DNA of 64,000 nt from Eledone cirrhosa (lineage: Eukaryota): contig OZ024752.1 in assembly GCA_964016885.1 (NCBI GenBank), positions 46,996,001 through 47,060,000 on the forward strand, in the 5' to 3' direction. Shown in pieces: positions 12,951 through 24,552 of this stretch. Numbering within the stretch: position 1 is the first letter of the stretch; every line of letters starts with the position of its first letter. The notes beneath the pieces are model-generated. The model did no database searches and was not told where the DNA came from. It worked only from the letters and a program-made list of their open reading frames with translations. The translations under genes were made by a program, and so were the position numbers.

Positions 12951-13313
12951 AATAAAAAATATCTTTTTTATTTTTTCCTCTAACTCTTAGTTAGCTTCAA
13001 TCTTTATTATCTCCAAGGAATTTTTATATTTTGACAATTCTTAATATTGTATTACATCAATCTACTTTTTGACCTAATCTAAATATGTGTATAACATATA
13101 ACTACACACACACATATATAAGGTTATATATATATATGTGTGTGTAAATATATATATGTATATATATACACATATATATACTGTTTTCTCACTACGGCTC
13201 TGTAACATATGCTGAAAGTGTTATTAATCTGCTTAAAAGATCAGTATTAAGTAATAAAACTCATAACGCATTTGTGGAATTTAATGGATCCATTTCTGAA
13301 ATTAAAGAATAAA
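12951..13313 (+). terminator. Candidate polyadenylation signals of glycogen phosphorylase
   Basis: AATAAA at 12951-12956 and 13308-13313; the latter is followed by a T-rich tract at about 13335-13352. Confidence 0.5.
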
Positions 13314-14123
13314 TTTTGGAACTTATACATGTCTTTTTTTTTTTTTTTTTTTCAGTCTTGAATATTGGGTTGTCAAGTATGAAATTTGTTGAGAAAAAGT
13401 TATGACCATATGCCTCACTACAAATTTCATTCTTGACGGCCCAATATTATATTTCTCATATATAGAGCTTGAACTGTAGGTCATTTCCATCATGAGCTGT
13501 CAACTTGAAATCTCAACAATTTTGGTAACTCCCAACAGTACTGCTCCTTTCTGTGGTCCCAAGCAGCATTGATGATACCAGTTACTGCTATGGTTTTATG
13601 GTCCATGCTGTAACCTAAGTTTCCTGATTTGATAAATTCCGCCGACCTTACACACTTGCACCTCTCTAAGACAATGTCACTGGACCGAGATCTTTGGCAC
13701 CACGCAGTAATACAGAAGACCCGCCTTGCCTATGTACAAAGCGAAACCTACAGTCAGTAAGCACCTCTTAACCAAATATACACCCCAACCCACTACCCCT
13801 ACTCCATCCTCCCACTTCCGCCAACACCACTCTCTCTCTGTAAAGTTATGTTGGTACCACAACATCCAGTCCAAACTATTGAGATCGTGTAGGTGTCATG
13901 ACAAAAAGAAGCACCCAGTCCTCGCTGTAAAGTGGTCATGTAGGAAACACGGTAAAAAGGCTCCCAGTCCACACTGTAAATGTGGTTGGTGTTAGGAAGG
14001 GCATCCAGCCGCAGAAAACCTGCCAGTTACAGTCCTATACGAGCAACACGGTCACTCGATCAATCTTGCCTCAAGTGGGACAATTCTCATCTAACCCATG
14101 CTAGCATGGAAGACAAACGTTAA

Positions 14124-14326
14124 CCCTTTAGCATTTAAACCGGCCAGAATTCTCTCACCTCTTTCTGTTCAAACCGGTTATAACTGGCCACTCCCACAAG
14201 GTATTGTTTGCAAAATAAATAATATCAGATTCTCATAAATTCGACATCGTGTGAGATATTATCTGAGGTAACGCCTTTACCATGAACATACAATAGTATA
14301 TATAGAGTAATGTAAATGCTAAAGGG
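14124..14326. mobile_element. ~205-bp TTAA MITE (piggyBac-like non-autonomous). Other copies about 593-807, 2474-3258, 7613-8118, 9921-10148, 19927-20146, 27307-27533, 38614-38826, 43935-44150, 50940-51144, 59157-59367, 63377-63552
   Basis: TIRs CCCTTTAGCATTT...AAATGCTAAAGGG flanked by duplicated TTAA (14120-14123 / 14327-14330). Confidence 0.85.
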
Positions 14327-14429
14327 TTAAACGATGATGATGATGATGATGATGATAAAACAAAAGTTAAAAAAAGACACAGTTTACAAAAATATAGGTG
14401 CATATATTTTCTGTATTTAATGTTTTAGT

Positions 14430-14963
14430 CTTTATGAAATGTTACAAATGGAAATATATATATTGAGCAATCTCTAACATTGACTGAATAACTAAACAAA
14501 GCTTGATTAACAAGAACTTCTTAGAAGCCTTTAAAGTCAATGAAAACTATTTTAAAATTATCTTTGTTAACAATTAATGAAAATATCTTAATTAAATATG
14601 TTAAACCTTTATGAAATGTTACAAATGGAAATATATATATTGAGCAATCTCTAACATTGACTGAATAACTAAACAAAGCTTGATTAACAAGAACTTCTTA
14701 GAAGCCTTTAAAGTCAATGAAAACTATTTTAAAATTATCTTTGTTAACAATTAATGAAAATATCTTAATTAAATATGTTAAACCTTTATGAAATGTTACA
14801 AATGGAAATATATATATTGAGCAATCTCTAACATTGACTGAATAACTAAACAAAGCTTGATTAACAAGAACTACTAAGAAGCCTTTAAAGTCAATGAAAA
14901 CTATTTTAAAATTATCTTTGTTAACAATTAATGAAAATATCTTAATTAAATATGTTAAACCTT
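14430..14963 (+). repeat. 177-bp near-perfect tandem triplication
   Basis: CTTTATGAAATGTTACAAATGG starts at 14430, 14607 and 14784. Confidence 0.92.
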
Positions 14964-16016
14964 TCTTGAGTTTAGAGGCCCTGCTGCCTGGAACTTCTGG
15001 TTTCATGTGGCATTAAACAACTGAGAGTATATGACTTGATGTTATGCCAGTTAATCACAGAACTAACCCTCAGTTGCTGCTAGTACATTTTGTGGACTGA
15101 AATATCTTGCTCAAAGATACAATGTTGATGCTCAGCTCTGGGATCAAACCCATGACCTTATAACCATGAGACCAACACTCTAACCAGTAGGCCATACACT
15201 TTAAAATGTATACTAGGTTATAAATATATATTGAAAGGCATTCAGATGTATTATGAAACCAATGAAGCTGAAACTTTAAGAGCCCCCTCTGAGTTGCAAA
15301 GAGGGCCCCATAATGGTTCAAGCTTCGAAACCTTCCAAAATGCAGGTCCACCACTGAAGTGTCTTATTCAACTCTACTCAAGTAAACCTATAGTGTTCAG
15401 TAGCCAACCAAACAGTAGCTCAACTTACATTATATATGCTATAGTCTGCTTATGGTATATAATTCTAACTGGTGGTGTTAATGTATCCAGACACTTTTAA
15501 AGGAGTTTTAGACATTATATACAGGCTGTATATGACATAACTTTATGTTTCAATACCATTCATGTCAAGAAATCTTAAATCAATGAATAGGAGTTACTAC
15601 ATAATTTTACCTGCCAATGTCTTCTCAATAAGTAATACATAACAAATGGCTTGCACATTAAATCTTAGTTCAATAAAAATACGTTTGTATGCCACAGTGA
15701 GATAACAATAATGATATTTTAAGCAATGCCTTGAGATAAAGAGAGAGAGATATAGAATACTCTTTTAGTTATTAAAAGTTAGAAAATTTATAACTAGAAT
15801 GTTGAGTAAACAATGAAATTTAATTTTATATCTAGCAATCTATATATCTTATATCTAGCAATCTATATAACAAAAAAAAATTGTTTAAGCACATCTAAGT
15901 TTAAAGTTACTTTTAATATGATAAAGCTGTTGTTTGGTTGTGGTTTTACTGACATATTTTACTAAGAGAAACAAAAGTGTATATTAAAATTACTTGAAGC
16001 TATTACAGAAATATGA

Positions 16017-17660
16017 TTAAATATTGTGTGCCAGATCATGGTGTTCAATTGGTGGGAGCCAAGCAAATTTCCAAACCTCTGTTTCATTGGTTGGTCCACA
16101 ATGGGGTACATCTTGGTGTAACAGATGTTCTTTTACTTTATACATCTTGGTCATGTTTTGTTTAGAAACATCCCGATGCATGACAATCGGTTCCGGATAA
16201 TCTTTACCAATTATACAATTAGCTTTTTCTTGAATTTCCAAAGGAGCTTTCCAGGGACAAAACAAATACTTAAGTGGCATGTTTTTCAAAGCTGGAATGT
16301 AGGTTTTAACAAAATCTCCATTTTTATCCATCCGCATACCATACATAACAGGAGAGTAGCATGTAGGACACTGAAGGGCTTTTTCAAAAGCTGAACTCGA
16401 TACCCACATCCAATTTCCAGAACACACTGACCAATCTGCATCCAACTGATATTTCAGAAAAATCTTTAAACCATCTTCCCAACTGACCCAAAGGTCACCT
16501 CTTGTCAGGAAACAAGACACTGCATGACGACCGACATGATGGTTCCAACCTTCAAAGCGTAGCTGGTTCATAATTGCATCAATCCAAGGATAACCGGTTT
16601 GTCCCATCTCCCATTTCTTCAAATAGTCTTCATTATAAGCCCAGTTGATTTTCAGGCATATTGGGTTGTTCTCAATTTTATCAAAGTTGATATTACCAAT
16701 GGACATGATGTAGAAATATTCTCTCCAGTAAAGTTGGCAAACAATCTCAATGGGAGCTTCAGTTTTTTTTATCCTTTTATATGTATCACATATATCCCAG
16801 TAGGTTTTACGAATCGAGATACAGCCAAAGCGAAGATAAGGACTCAAGCTGACAGCTCTGGCCAGAAGTTCTGGCTGTTCTTGGTGGTTCGGCAAACAGT
16901 GACCGTGGCGAAAACTTTGTGCTTCTTTCTCTAAACGTGCCTTAAGTAGTACAAGAGCACGTTTCTCACCTCCAATAAAAACATTGATTGGGTTTTTCTG
17001 TTCTTCAAATTCAGGATAAATACCCAATGATTTTAATGTTGGTACAGCAAATTTCTCCTTATTTCCTGATAACGGCATTTTAACTCCCTCAAAAGATGGT
17101 GCGTCAAGTGGACGAGGGGGTGGCCCAAGGGAAGAAGTGACAAGGTGAAACAGTTCGAAGGTCAAGGGAGGTGTTCCTCCATTCTTTTTCAATAAACTTT
17201 CTGGATCCCACAGAGTGTGGGAAGTGAAAAAATCACACTTTATGCCTGATTTCTGGCAAAATTGTTTAACCTCATCATCCCTTTCTTGCCATATTGGCTC
17301 AGGATCTTTTTCAGCTGTAATATGTGTTATACCCCATTCTCTCTGAAGGTTTTTGAAGACTTCAACAGGTTTTCCATGGAAAGTATACAGTCTTCCGCCA
17401 AACTCAGCAAATGATTCATCTAGATCTTTCAGATTTTCTAGTAGAAATCGCCATCTGTTAAAACCACACAGTTTTGTGCCAGCAACTTCTCCGTCAAAGA
17501 TAAAGACTGGATAGAATTCATCGCAGTCTTTCAGAGCTTCTATTAAAGCAGGATTATCATGGAGACGTTGGCCATGTCTGAACCAATGAACAGATATCTT
17601 CTGTTTACTCTCACCATTCACTACATCACCGTTGTTGTTGTTGTTGTTGTTTGTCGACAT
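16017..17660 (-). CDS. cry1: Cryptochrome, Drosophila-type/type I light-sensitive (547 aa, single coding exon)
   Basis: Photolyase/cryptochrome motifs HWFRHGQRLHDNPAL, SLSPYLRFGC, LYWREYFY, GQTGYPWIDA, GWNHHVGRHAVSCFLTRGDLWVSW and DADWSVCSGNWMWVSSSAF, with Cys at the flavin-N5-proximal position as in dCRY. The C-terminal tail PHCGPTNETEVWKFAW resembles dCRY PHCRPSNEEEVRQFFW. Confidence 0.95.
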   Translation of the reverse strand: MSTNNNNNNNGDVVNGESKQKISVHWFRHGQRLHDNPALIEALKDCDEFYPVFIFDGEVAGTKLCGFNRWRFLLENLKDLDESFAEFGGRLYTFHGKPVEVFKNLQREWGITHITAEKDPEPIWQERDDEVKQFCQKSGIKCDFFTSHTLWDPESLLKKNGGTPPLTFELFHLVTSSLGPPPRPLDAPSFEGVKMPLSGNKEKFAVPTLKSLGIYPEFEEQKNPINVFIGGEKRALVLLKARLEKEAQSFRHGHCLPNHQEQPELLARAVSLSPYLRFGCISIRKTYWDICDTYKRIKKTEAPIEIVCQLYWREYFYIMSIGNINFDKIENNPICLKINWAYNEDYLKKWEMGQTGYPWIDAIMNQLRFEGWNHHVGRHAVSCFLTRGDLWVSWEDGLKIFLKYQLDADWSVCSGNWMWVSSSAFEKALQCPTCYSPVMYGMRMDKNGDFVKTYIPALKNMPLKYLFCPWKAPLEIQEKANCIIGKDYPEPIVMHRDVSKQNMTKMYKVKEHLLHQDVPHCGPTNETEVWKFAWLPPIEHHDLAHNI

Positions 17661-17756
17661 TTTAGATGTTGATCTAAATGAAGATAAAACAAAAATAAAT
17701 CATTAAGATTAAGATGTCAAATGAAATTGATAAAAATATATAAAATATTACATATA

Positions 17757-18300
17757 GTGAACTAGACAATATTATGGTGTACTAGACAAAATTATGGTGA
17801 ACTAGATAATGTTGTGGTGAACTAGAAATCTTATGGTCAACTAGACAATGTTGTGGTGAACTAGATAATGTTGTGGTGAACTAGATAATGTTGTGGTGAA
17901 CTAGATAATGTTGTGGTGAACTAGACAATCTTATGGTCAACTAGACAATCTTATGGTCAACTAGACAATCTTATGGTTAACTAGACAATCTTATGGTTAA
18001 CTCGATAATCTTATGGTGGACTAGATAATCTTATGGTCAACTAAATAATGTGGTGAACTAGACAATCTTGTGGTTAACTAGATAATGTTGTCGTGAACTA
18101 GACAATCTTATAGTCAACTAGACAATCTTATAGTCAACTAAACAATGTTATGATCAACCAGACAATGTTGTGGTGAGCTAAATGATACTATGATCAACTA
18201 AACTGTTATGATCAACTATATAATGTCATGATCAACAAATTAATCATATGATAAACAAAACAATGTTATGATCAACTGAACAAACTTACGATCAACTATA
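17757..18300 (+). repeat. 20-bp minisatellite in the cry 5' intron
   Basis: Unit ACTAGAYAATSTTRTGGTSA, degenerating toward 18300. Confidence 0.9.
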
Positions 18301-18357
18301 CAATAAATAAAAATTAAGAAAAATAACAACAAATATTGTATATTTACCACAAGTTAC

Positions 18358-18404
18358 CTTGCAGATTGTCAAGATGTTTCTGGCACTATCTACATTCTCT
18401 GTCA
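18358..18404 (-). other. Candidate non-coding 5'UTR exon of cryptochrome
   Basis: Minus strand reads ...tttatttcaacag|47 nt|caag/gtaact. A strong acceptor (tttgttttatcttcatttag|) lies 13 nt upstream of the cry ATG, so that exon starts at 17673 and upstream UTR exons are implied. Confidence 0.45.
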
Positions 18405-18796
18405 CTGTTGAAATAAAGACAGATATTTATTTAACCATGTGATATACAGAAAGTGTTGATATCACGAGAAGTTGGTGTATAAAGAGTTGGTATCAACCAG
18501 GAATGAACAAAAGAATGAAGCAGTCACATATTTATATAAATACATATATATATATTGGCATGGGTGCATGGATAAGAAGTTTATTTTACAACATGTTTAT
18601 AGACTGAGTGAGTTTTTTAGATGAATATAGGCATGATCATCTTGTGGTTAAAACCCCATGATATGTCATGACAAACAAGTTCAATTATACACATACACAC
18701 CACACACACATATTCAAATTTAAAAGATATATGTAAAGAGAAAGAATCCTAAATAATTTGAGAAACACATAGCATTTTGCACACATACACATACAT

Positions 18797-18827
<31 letters not shown>

Positions 18828-20925
18828 GTAATAATAATAAATTTGAAGACTAAAATCCAAAGCGGGCTTGATAAGGATAAATATATCTGAGTTTCAGAAG
18901 ATCCCGTTAAGGGTGAAAGCAGCGATTCTTTGTTTAAACTTGAATCTGTTATTTTAATAAATATATATATATATATATATAAGGAAAAAAGATGAAATCG
19001 AAAATGAAACATGGTTTTTCAATCACAAACCCTCCATAAGAACTGCGAAACCGGTAAAGGAACCAAATAAATATTCTTAAAAAGACTCCAGTTGCATTTT
19101 CGATTTCATCTTTTTTCCTTATACTTTCACTCGTCTAGGACATCTCGTTTTTTTTCATTTTGGAAAAAAAATCTCATTTTCTAATATATTTAACTATATC
19201 ATTATCATCACTATCATCATCACCGTTTTACGTCCGTTCTTCCACGCTACCATGGGTTAGACGGGTTGTCCTGTTGTGGGTAGTAGCCAGTCGGCTGACC
19301 ATGCTTTGCTCATATGGGAACTGATTCTGGCTTGATTTCTACAGCTGGATGCCCTTCCTAACACCAACCTTATTTATATATCGAATGTGGAAAAGTAACA
19401 CACGAGTTGATATATATATATAAACAAATAGTAGAAAGGGAAAAAAATTTTTTCAGTATAAAATATTGAAGAGATTTTTTCAGTGAAATATCAAAACATT
19501 AATTTATTTACAATACTAGTTTTAGCATTAAATGCATTGTCAATTGCAGATATGCAGAATATTGTCAAGTTGCATATTTGTACAAATTGTGATAATAATA
19601 ATAATAAGGGAAAAAAAATTAATTTTCACATACATGTTCATTCAGAGAAGAGAGTTCATTTCTCTGTCCATCCTTCTCTGCTAACAGCTTGGTTATATAT
19701 ATATATATACATATATATATACATATATATATCCAGCACCATCTTTATTAATTTTAGTAATATATATATATATATATAATTTCACTGTATATTAAAATGT
19801 ACAATTTTTAAAATTAAATTTAACACTTTTTTCAATCTACAGGGAAATATATAAATATAACATATTCACATGTCTATTTTTATAGTTAAGATATCGAGAA
19901 AGAGTCCCTGCCTCTTATAATATGTTATTAACCCTTTAGCATTTACATTACTCTATGTATACAAGTGTATTTTTGTGGTAAAGGCTTTATCTTACATAAT
20001 AATCTCACATAATATTGAATCTACAAGATTTATGATATTATTTATTTTGAGAACAATACCTTAACATCAGCATGAGTAGCCAGTTAGGCCAGTTTGAAAA
20101 GAAAGAGTGACAGAATTTTAGCCGGATATGGCTGGTTTAAATGTTAACATTTTATTAAGGAATATAATAAAGTGTGCTGTGAAAGTTTGGTTATGAAAAA
20201 GCTATTAATAATATAGAAGCAGTCTCTTAGGAATTTATTACGTGATCTCTGTTAGTCTGGAAATATTGATAGTGGAACTAAATGTTAAGGGGCTGGGGGG
20301 TAAAAATCTATACTAAAAAAAAAATAATTGTTTCTACTTTTAGCACAAGGCCAGCAATTACTCAGTACATTACTGGTACTTTATTTTATCGACCCCATAA
20401 GGATGAAAGGCAAAGTTAACCTCAGCGGGATTTGAACTCAGATTGTAAAGGGACGTAACTACGCTGGAAAGCATGTCTTACCCTCTACCAATTTACTGCC
20501 CCATTTACTAAAAAAAAAATAATAAGCATCCAATATTTATGTATATATGGTCCCGTAACTCCTGATAGAGTCATAGGGGCATCGTATTGACATACAGCGT
20601 TTCTTGGGCATTTAAAACTTGGCGGAGCCCATCCCTCTTAAGACCTGGAAGAATCGACTTCAGTACTAGACTGGTACTTTTTTTTATCACCCTCGAAAGG
20701 ATGAAAAGCAAAGTTGACCTCGGCGGGATTTTGAACTCCGAGAGCCGAAATGAATACTACAAAGCATTCTATCCGACATTCTAATGACTCTGACAATTCG
20801 CCGCCTATCCAATATATTTAAAGTTAACTAAATAATGTTTAGAGCAAAGATTAATTAACTGATATCTAGAGCAGAGATTAATTAACTAATATCTAGAGCA
20901 GAGATTAATTAACTAATATCTAGAG

Positions 20926-22078
20926 CAGAGATCTCCAACCTCTTTTTAGAGCATCGACGCCTTCATGGAATCCTTAACCCCAACCCTGAGCATGTACCAA
21001 AATAAATGGTGTTATTACGGAACACCCCCCATCGATTTCAGTGGAGAAAAAAATTTCCTCATTTTTTTTCCCGCTATCAAATAAATTTACCTCGAAGATG
21101 CCCGCAATTGACCTTTTCTCCCAAGAAAACGGAGGGATTGGGTGCCCTTCTTCCCGGTGTTTTTTCTATGATTTTTTTTTTCTTTGACGTGTTATCAATG
21201 AATCTGACTTGCAAAAACCAATCGGAAACGATTACATTTGTAAAAAAAAATGTGGGTGAAAGGGAGCGAAAAGACCATCAGAATTTTTTAGATCTATACA
21301 CCTCTTGCGTTTGGTGGGAAATAATTGTCTTTCCTCATTTCTTTTTTGTGTGCTATCAGCTAATATGACCTAGATGCTCGCAGTCGACTTTTTTCCGGGT
21401 TAGGGTTATCGTTTTTCCAAGAAAAGGGTCGATTGCGAGCATCTAAGTGATTAGTTGATAACACACGAAAAAAAAAAAAAAAACAGTAAAAATAATTATT
21501 TCCCTACAAATGCAAGAGGTGCAGAAGTCCGATGGTCTTTTCGTCCCTTTCACCCTCCTCATTCTACAAATCTAGTCGTTTCCGACTGGTTTGGTGGTCA
21601 TATTCGTTGATAATACGCGAAAAATAAAAATCGTAAAGTACTCTCCGAGGAGGCGAGGGTTATCCGAGGGGGGTCTGTTTTCTTGGGGGTAAAAAAGTTG
21701 ATTGCGAGCATCTTGGAGGTTAGATTAGTTGATTGCACACGAACAGAAAAAAACAAAAAAAAAACAGGAAAATTTTTTCCACACTGAAATCGATGGGGGA
21801 GGAGGTGTTCTATAAGTTTACCAATTAAATAAGTAAACAAGTCAGTCAAGAAAATATAAAATAAATAGACAATAAAAATTAATTATACATACATATATAT
21901 ATATAGAGAGAGGTAGGACACTGGAAAGTAATATCCATAGTAGTAGAGCACTCAATCTATGGGACGAGTTAGGTAGAAGTAGTTATACAACAGTTAGTTC
22001 ACCACACCGAGAACAATTGTTTCACCATAAGGTGAAACAATTGTTCTCGGTGTGGTGAACTAACTGTTGTGTTACTAC

Positions 22079-22153
<75 letters not shown>

Positions 22154-22946
22154 GGAGGTGAGTTTTATTGTAGCACAATAAAGCAATGCAAATATCGGAT
22201 AAGTAGCACTCAACAGTTTATAGGACTGGAGTATAAATAATATAAAATCAATGAATGTAAGGTTATAACTGGTACTAATTCTTTTACCTATTTTGGTTCC
22301 ACTTCCACTTCCTTTAAAGCAAGATTTTATAATCACAATTCTTCTTTTAAATACCAACTTAAAAGAACTAACACAGCACTCTCAGAACTCATATGGTCCT
22401 TAAAGGACAAAAATATTAACTACAACATTTCTTGGAGAACATGTAATCTCTGCCTAGCGGAGAAATTTACCATTATCTCTAATTTTAATTCTATAATAAA
22501 TAGACGTACGGATTCATTTTCGCTCTGCTTGCATAAATCCCATAGAACTTTCCTTATGGGGTCGATAAAATAAAGTACCAGTAATACACTGAGTATTTGC
22601 TGGCCTTGTGCCAAAAGTAGAAACAAATATATATCAAATGATATATATTATATATAAATATAGTAAAATAAAAAATATATAATATCTATTTATACATAGT
22701 ATATATTTATATTGTGTTATATATAAATTAATGATTTTATTTATTATATATTATTTACAATTTGTGTGTAGGCAGGTCGCTGTAGAAATAGGGCTGGGGG
22801 GTACTGTGAGGGTTGGGGGGGGGAGGGTACTGTGAGGGTTAGGGGGTACTGTGAGGGTTAGGGGGGTACTGTGAGGGTTGGGGGTACTGTGAGGGTATTA
22901 CGAGGCCGTGAGGGTGTCAATGATCCCAAAAGTTTGAGAATCTCTG
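20926..22946. mobile_element. Putative non-autonomous hAT (Charlie-like) element with nested insertions
   Basis: Imperfect TIRs CAGAGATCTCCAACCT / AGTTTGAGAATCTCTG flanked by ATCTAGAG / CTCTAGAG (8-bp NTCTAGAN-type TSD). Confidence 0.55.
22250..22540 (+). pseudogene. Decayed GIY-YIG endonuclease of a Penelope-like retroelement
   Basis: Stop-free frame NECKVITGTNSFTYFGSTSTSFKARFYNHNSSFKYQLKRTNTALSELIWSLKDKNINYNISWRTCNLCLAEKFTII...INRRTDSFSLCLHKS, matching the PLE pattern Y.G.T...FK.R..NH..SF...T.LS..IW.LK...W...CNLCL.EK...N.R...C.H. Confidence 0.8.
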
Positions 22947-23740
22947 CTCTAGAGTATTAGTACAGCGTAGATTAGGAATATAAAAAATATTAGCCATATC
23001 TGCATTAGATTAGTCTAGCCGTTAAATTAGTCCTCATAAGGGACCAACAAACCAACCTCATTCCTTGTTAGCTCGCCGCCAGGCATAACTTGCAAACGTG
23101 GGATCCCATCAATTAAGAACAAAAACATTGCCAACAAATCAAATCAATACCAAATTGTCCCAAAAGTATACGAATGTCTGAAAAAAAAAGGGAATGGTAC
23201 GTTAGGTAATATATTTCTTGTGCCATTGACAATAGATCTTGAATGAAGGAAAATAAAAATATATCGTCTCATTCACTGGATTCATTTCGTAGGTGTACCC
23301 TATTTTGGGGACTCGCTTGTTGACTGGTATGTGTGTATGCAATATATACAGTATGAACAAAGCAGGGAAGATGAGATATTTTCATTTTCTTCATTCGAGA
23401 TCTATTGCCAAGGATACCTTTAAAGAAAGAAAAAAAAAAGCGGGATGTTTACCTCAGGATGCTATTAATCATAGGTGGGTTTGATTAACGTTGACCTTGA
23501 ACTAATTAATAGATTAGCAACTTGACAATCAAGTCTGATTTGGGGATTTAACGACTCACACACACATGAACTAAACAGATTACTAAGATAACCATCCAAG
23601 TCTGGTTTGGGGCATTTACGTCACACCTGAATTAAATTATAGATTACTAACTTGACAACCATACCTGGTTTGGGGATCTAACACACACACACATGGACTA
23701 AATAATAGCCTATTAACTTAACCATCCAGTCTGGTATGGG

Positions 23741-23971
23741 CAGAGTGGGATTTAGGTATAAGCTAAACAAGCTATAGCTTAGGGCCCCCACTTTCTTAGG
23801 GCACCGAAAAAAAAGAAAAAAAAACGGTGTGTACATTTCCAAAATATAAGATAAAAAAGAACTAAAATAAAGCAATAGTTTTAAACAGTTTTCTGCTTTA
23901 ATATTGAACGTTTTGCAGTTTTTATAACATATATAAAGGGCCCCATTATCTCAAATCAAAATCTGGCCCTG
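23741..23971. mobile_element. hAT-like MITE; a related type lies at 29906-30077 (CAGTGTCGGATTTA...TAAATCCGGCACTG)
   Basis: TIRs CAGAGTGGGATTT / AAATCTGGCCCTG with 8-bp TSD GGTATGGG / GGTATGAG. Confidence 0.65.
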
Positions 23972-23992
23972 GGTATGAGGCTCTTACAATAC

Positions 23993-24187
23993 CAGACTTG
24001 TCAACTCTCCCCGTCCGACGGGGAGATCCCCCACCCACTTTGGGGTGGGTGAGAGATGTCTTCTCTCGTGAAAATGGGTATAGCTTTCATTATGTAAAAT
24101 CTCCCCCATTTTACCTCATTTCTCCCCTTTTGGGGGCACTTTTTTTCATGGTACTCCCCTTTGGGTTTTTAGAAGTTGGCAAGTCTG
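23993..24187. mobile_element. hAT-like MITE
   Basis: TIRs CAGACTTGTCAACT / AGTTGGCAAGTCTG. Confidence 0.6.
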
Positions 24188-24471
24188 CAATAGACACACG
24201 CACACACACCTGAACGAAATGATAAGACTAGAAACTTGACAATCAAGTTTTGTTTGGGGATCTTACAACACACACACACACCTGAACTAAATAGACTAGT
24301 AACTTAACCATCCAGTTCGATGTGGGGATCTAATAACACACACACACACACCTGAACTAAATAGACTAGTAACTTAACCATCCAGTTCGATGTGGGGATC
24401 TAATAGCACACACACACACACCTGAACTAAATAGACTAGTAACTTAACCATCCAGTTCGATGTGGGGATCT

Positions 24472-24552
<81 letters not shown>

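Noticed and set aside
16125-16934. Plus-strand ORFs overlapping cryptochrome
   Set aside because: Antisense shadows of the real CDS with no recognisable motifs
22250-22540. Possible selenoprotein-type PLE or domesticated nuclease gene
   Set aside because: No in-frame TGA or SECIS is visible, there is no start or splice support, and an internal deletion is apparent; treated as a relic
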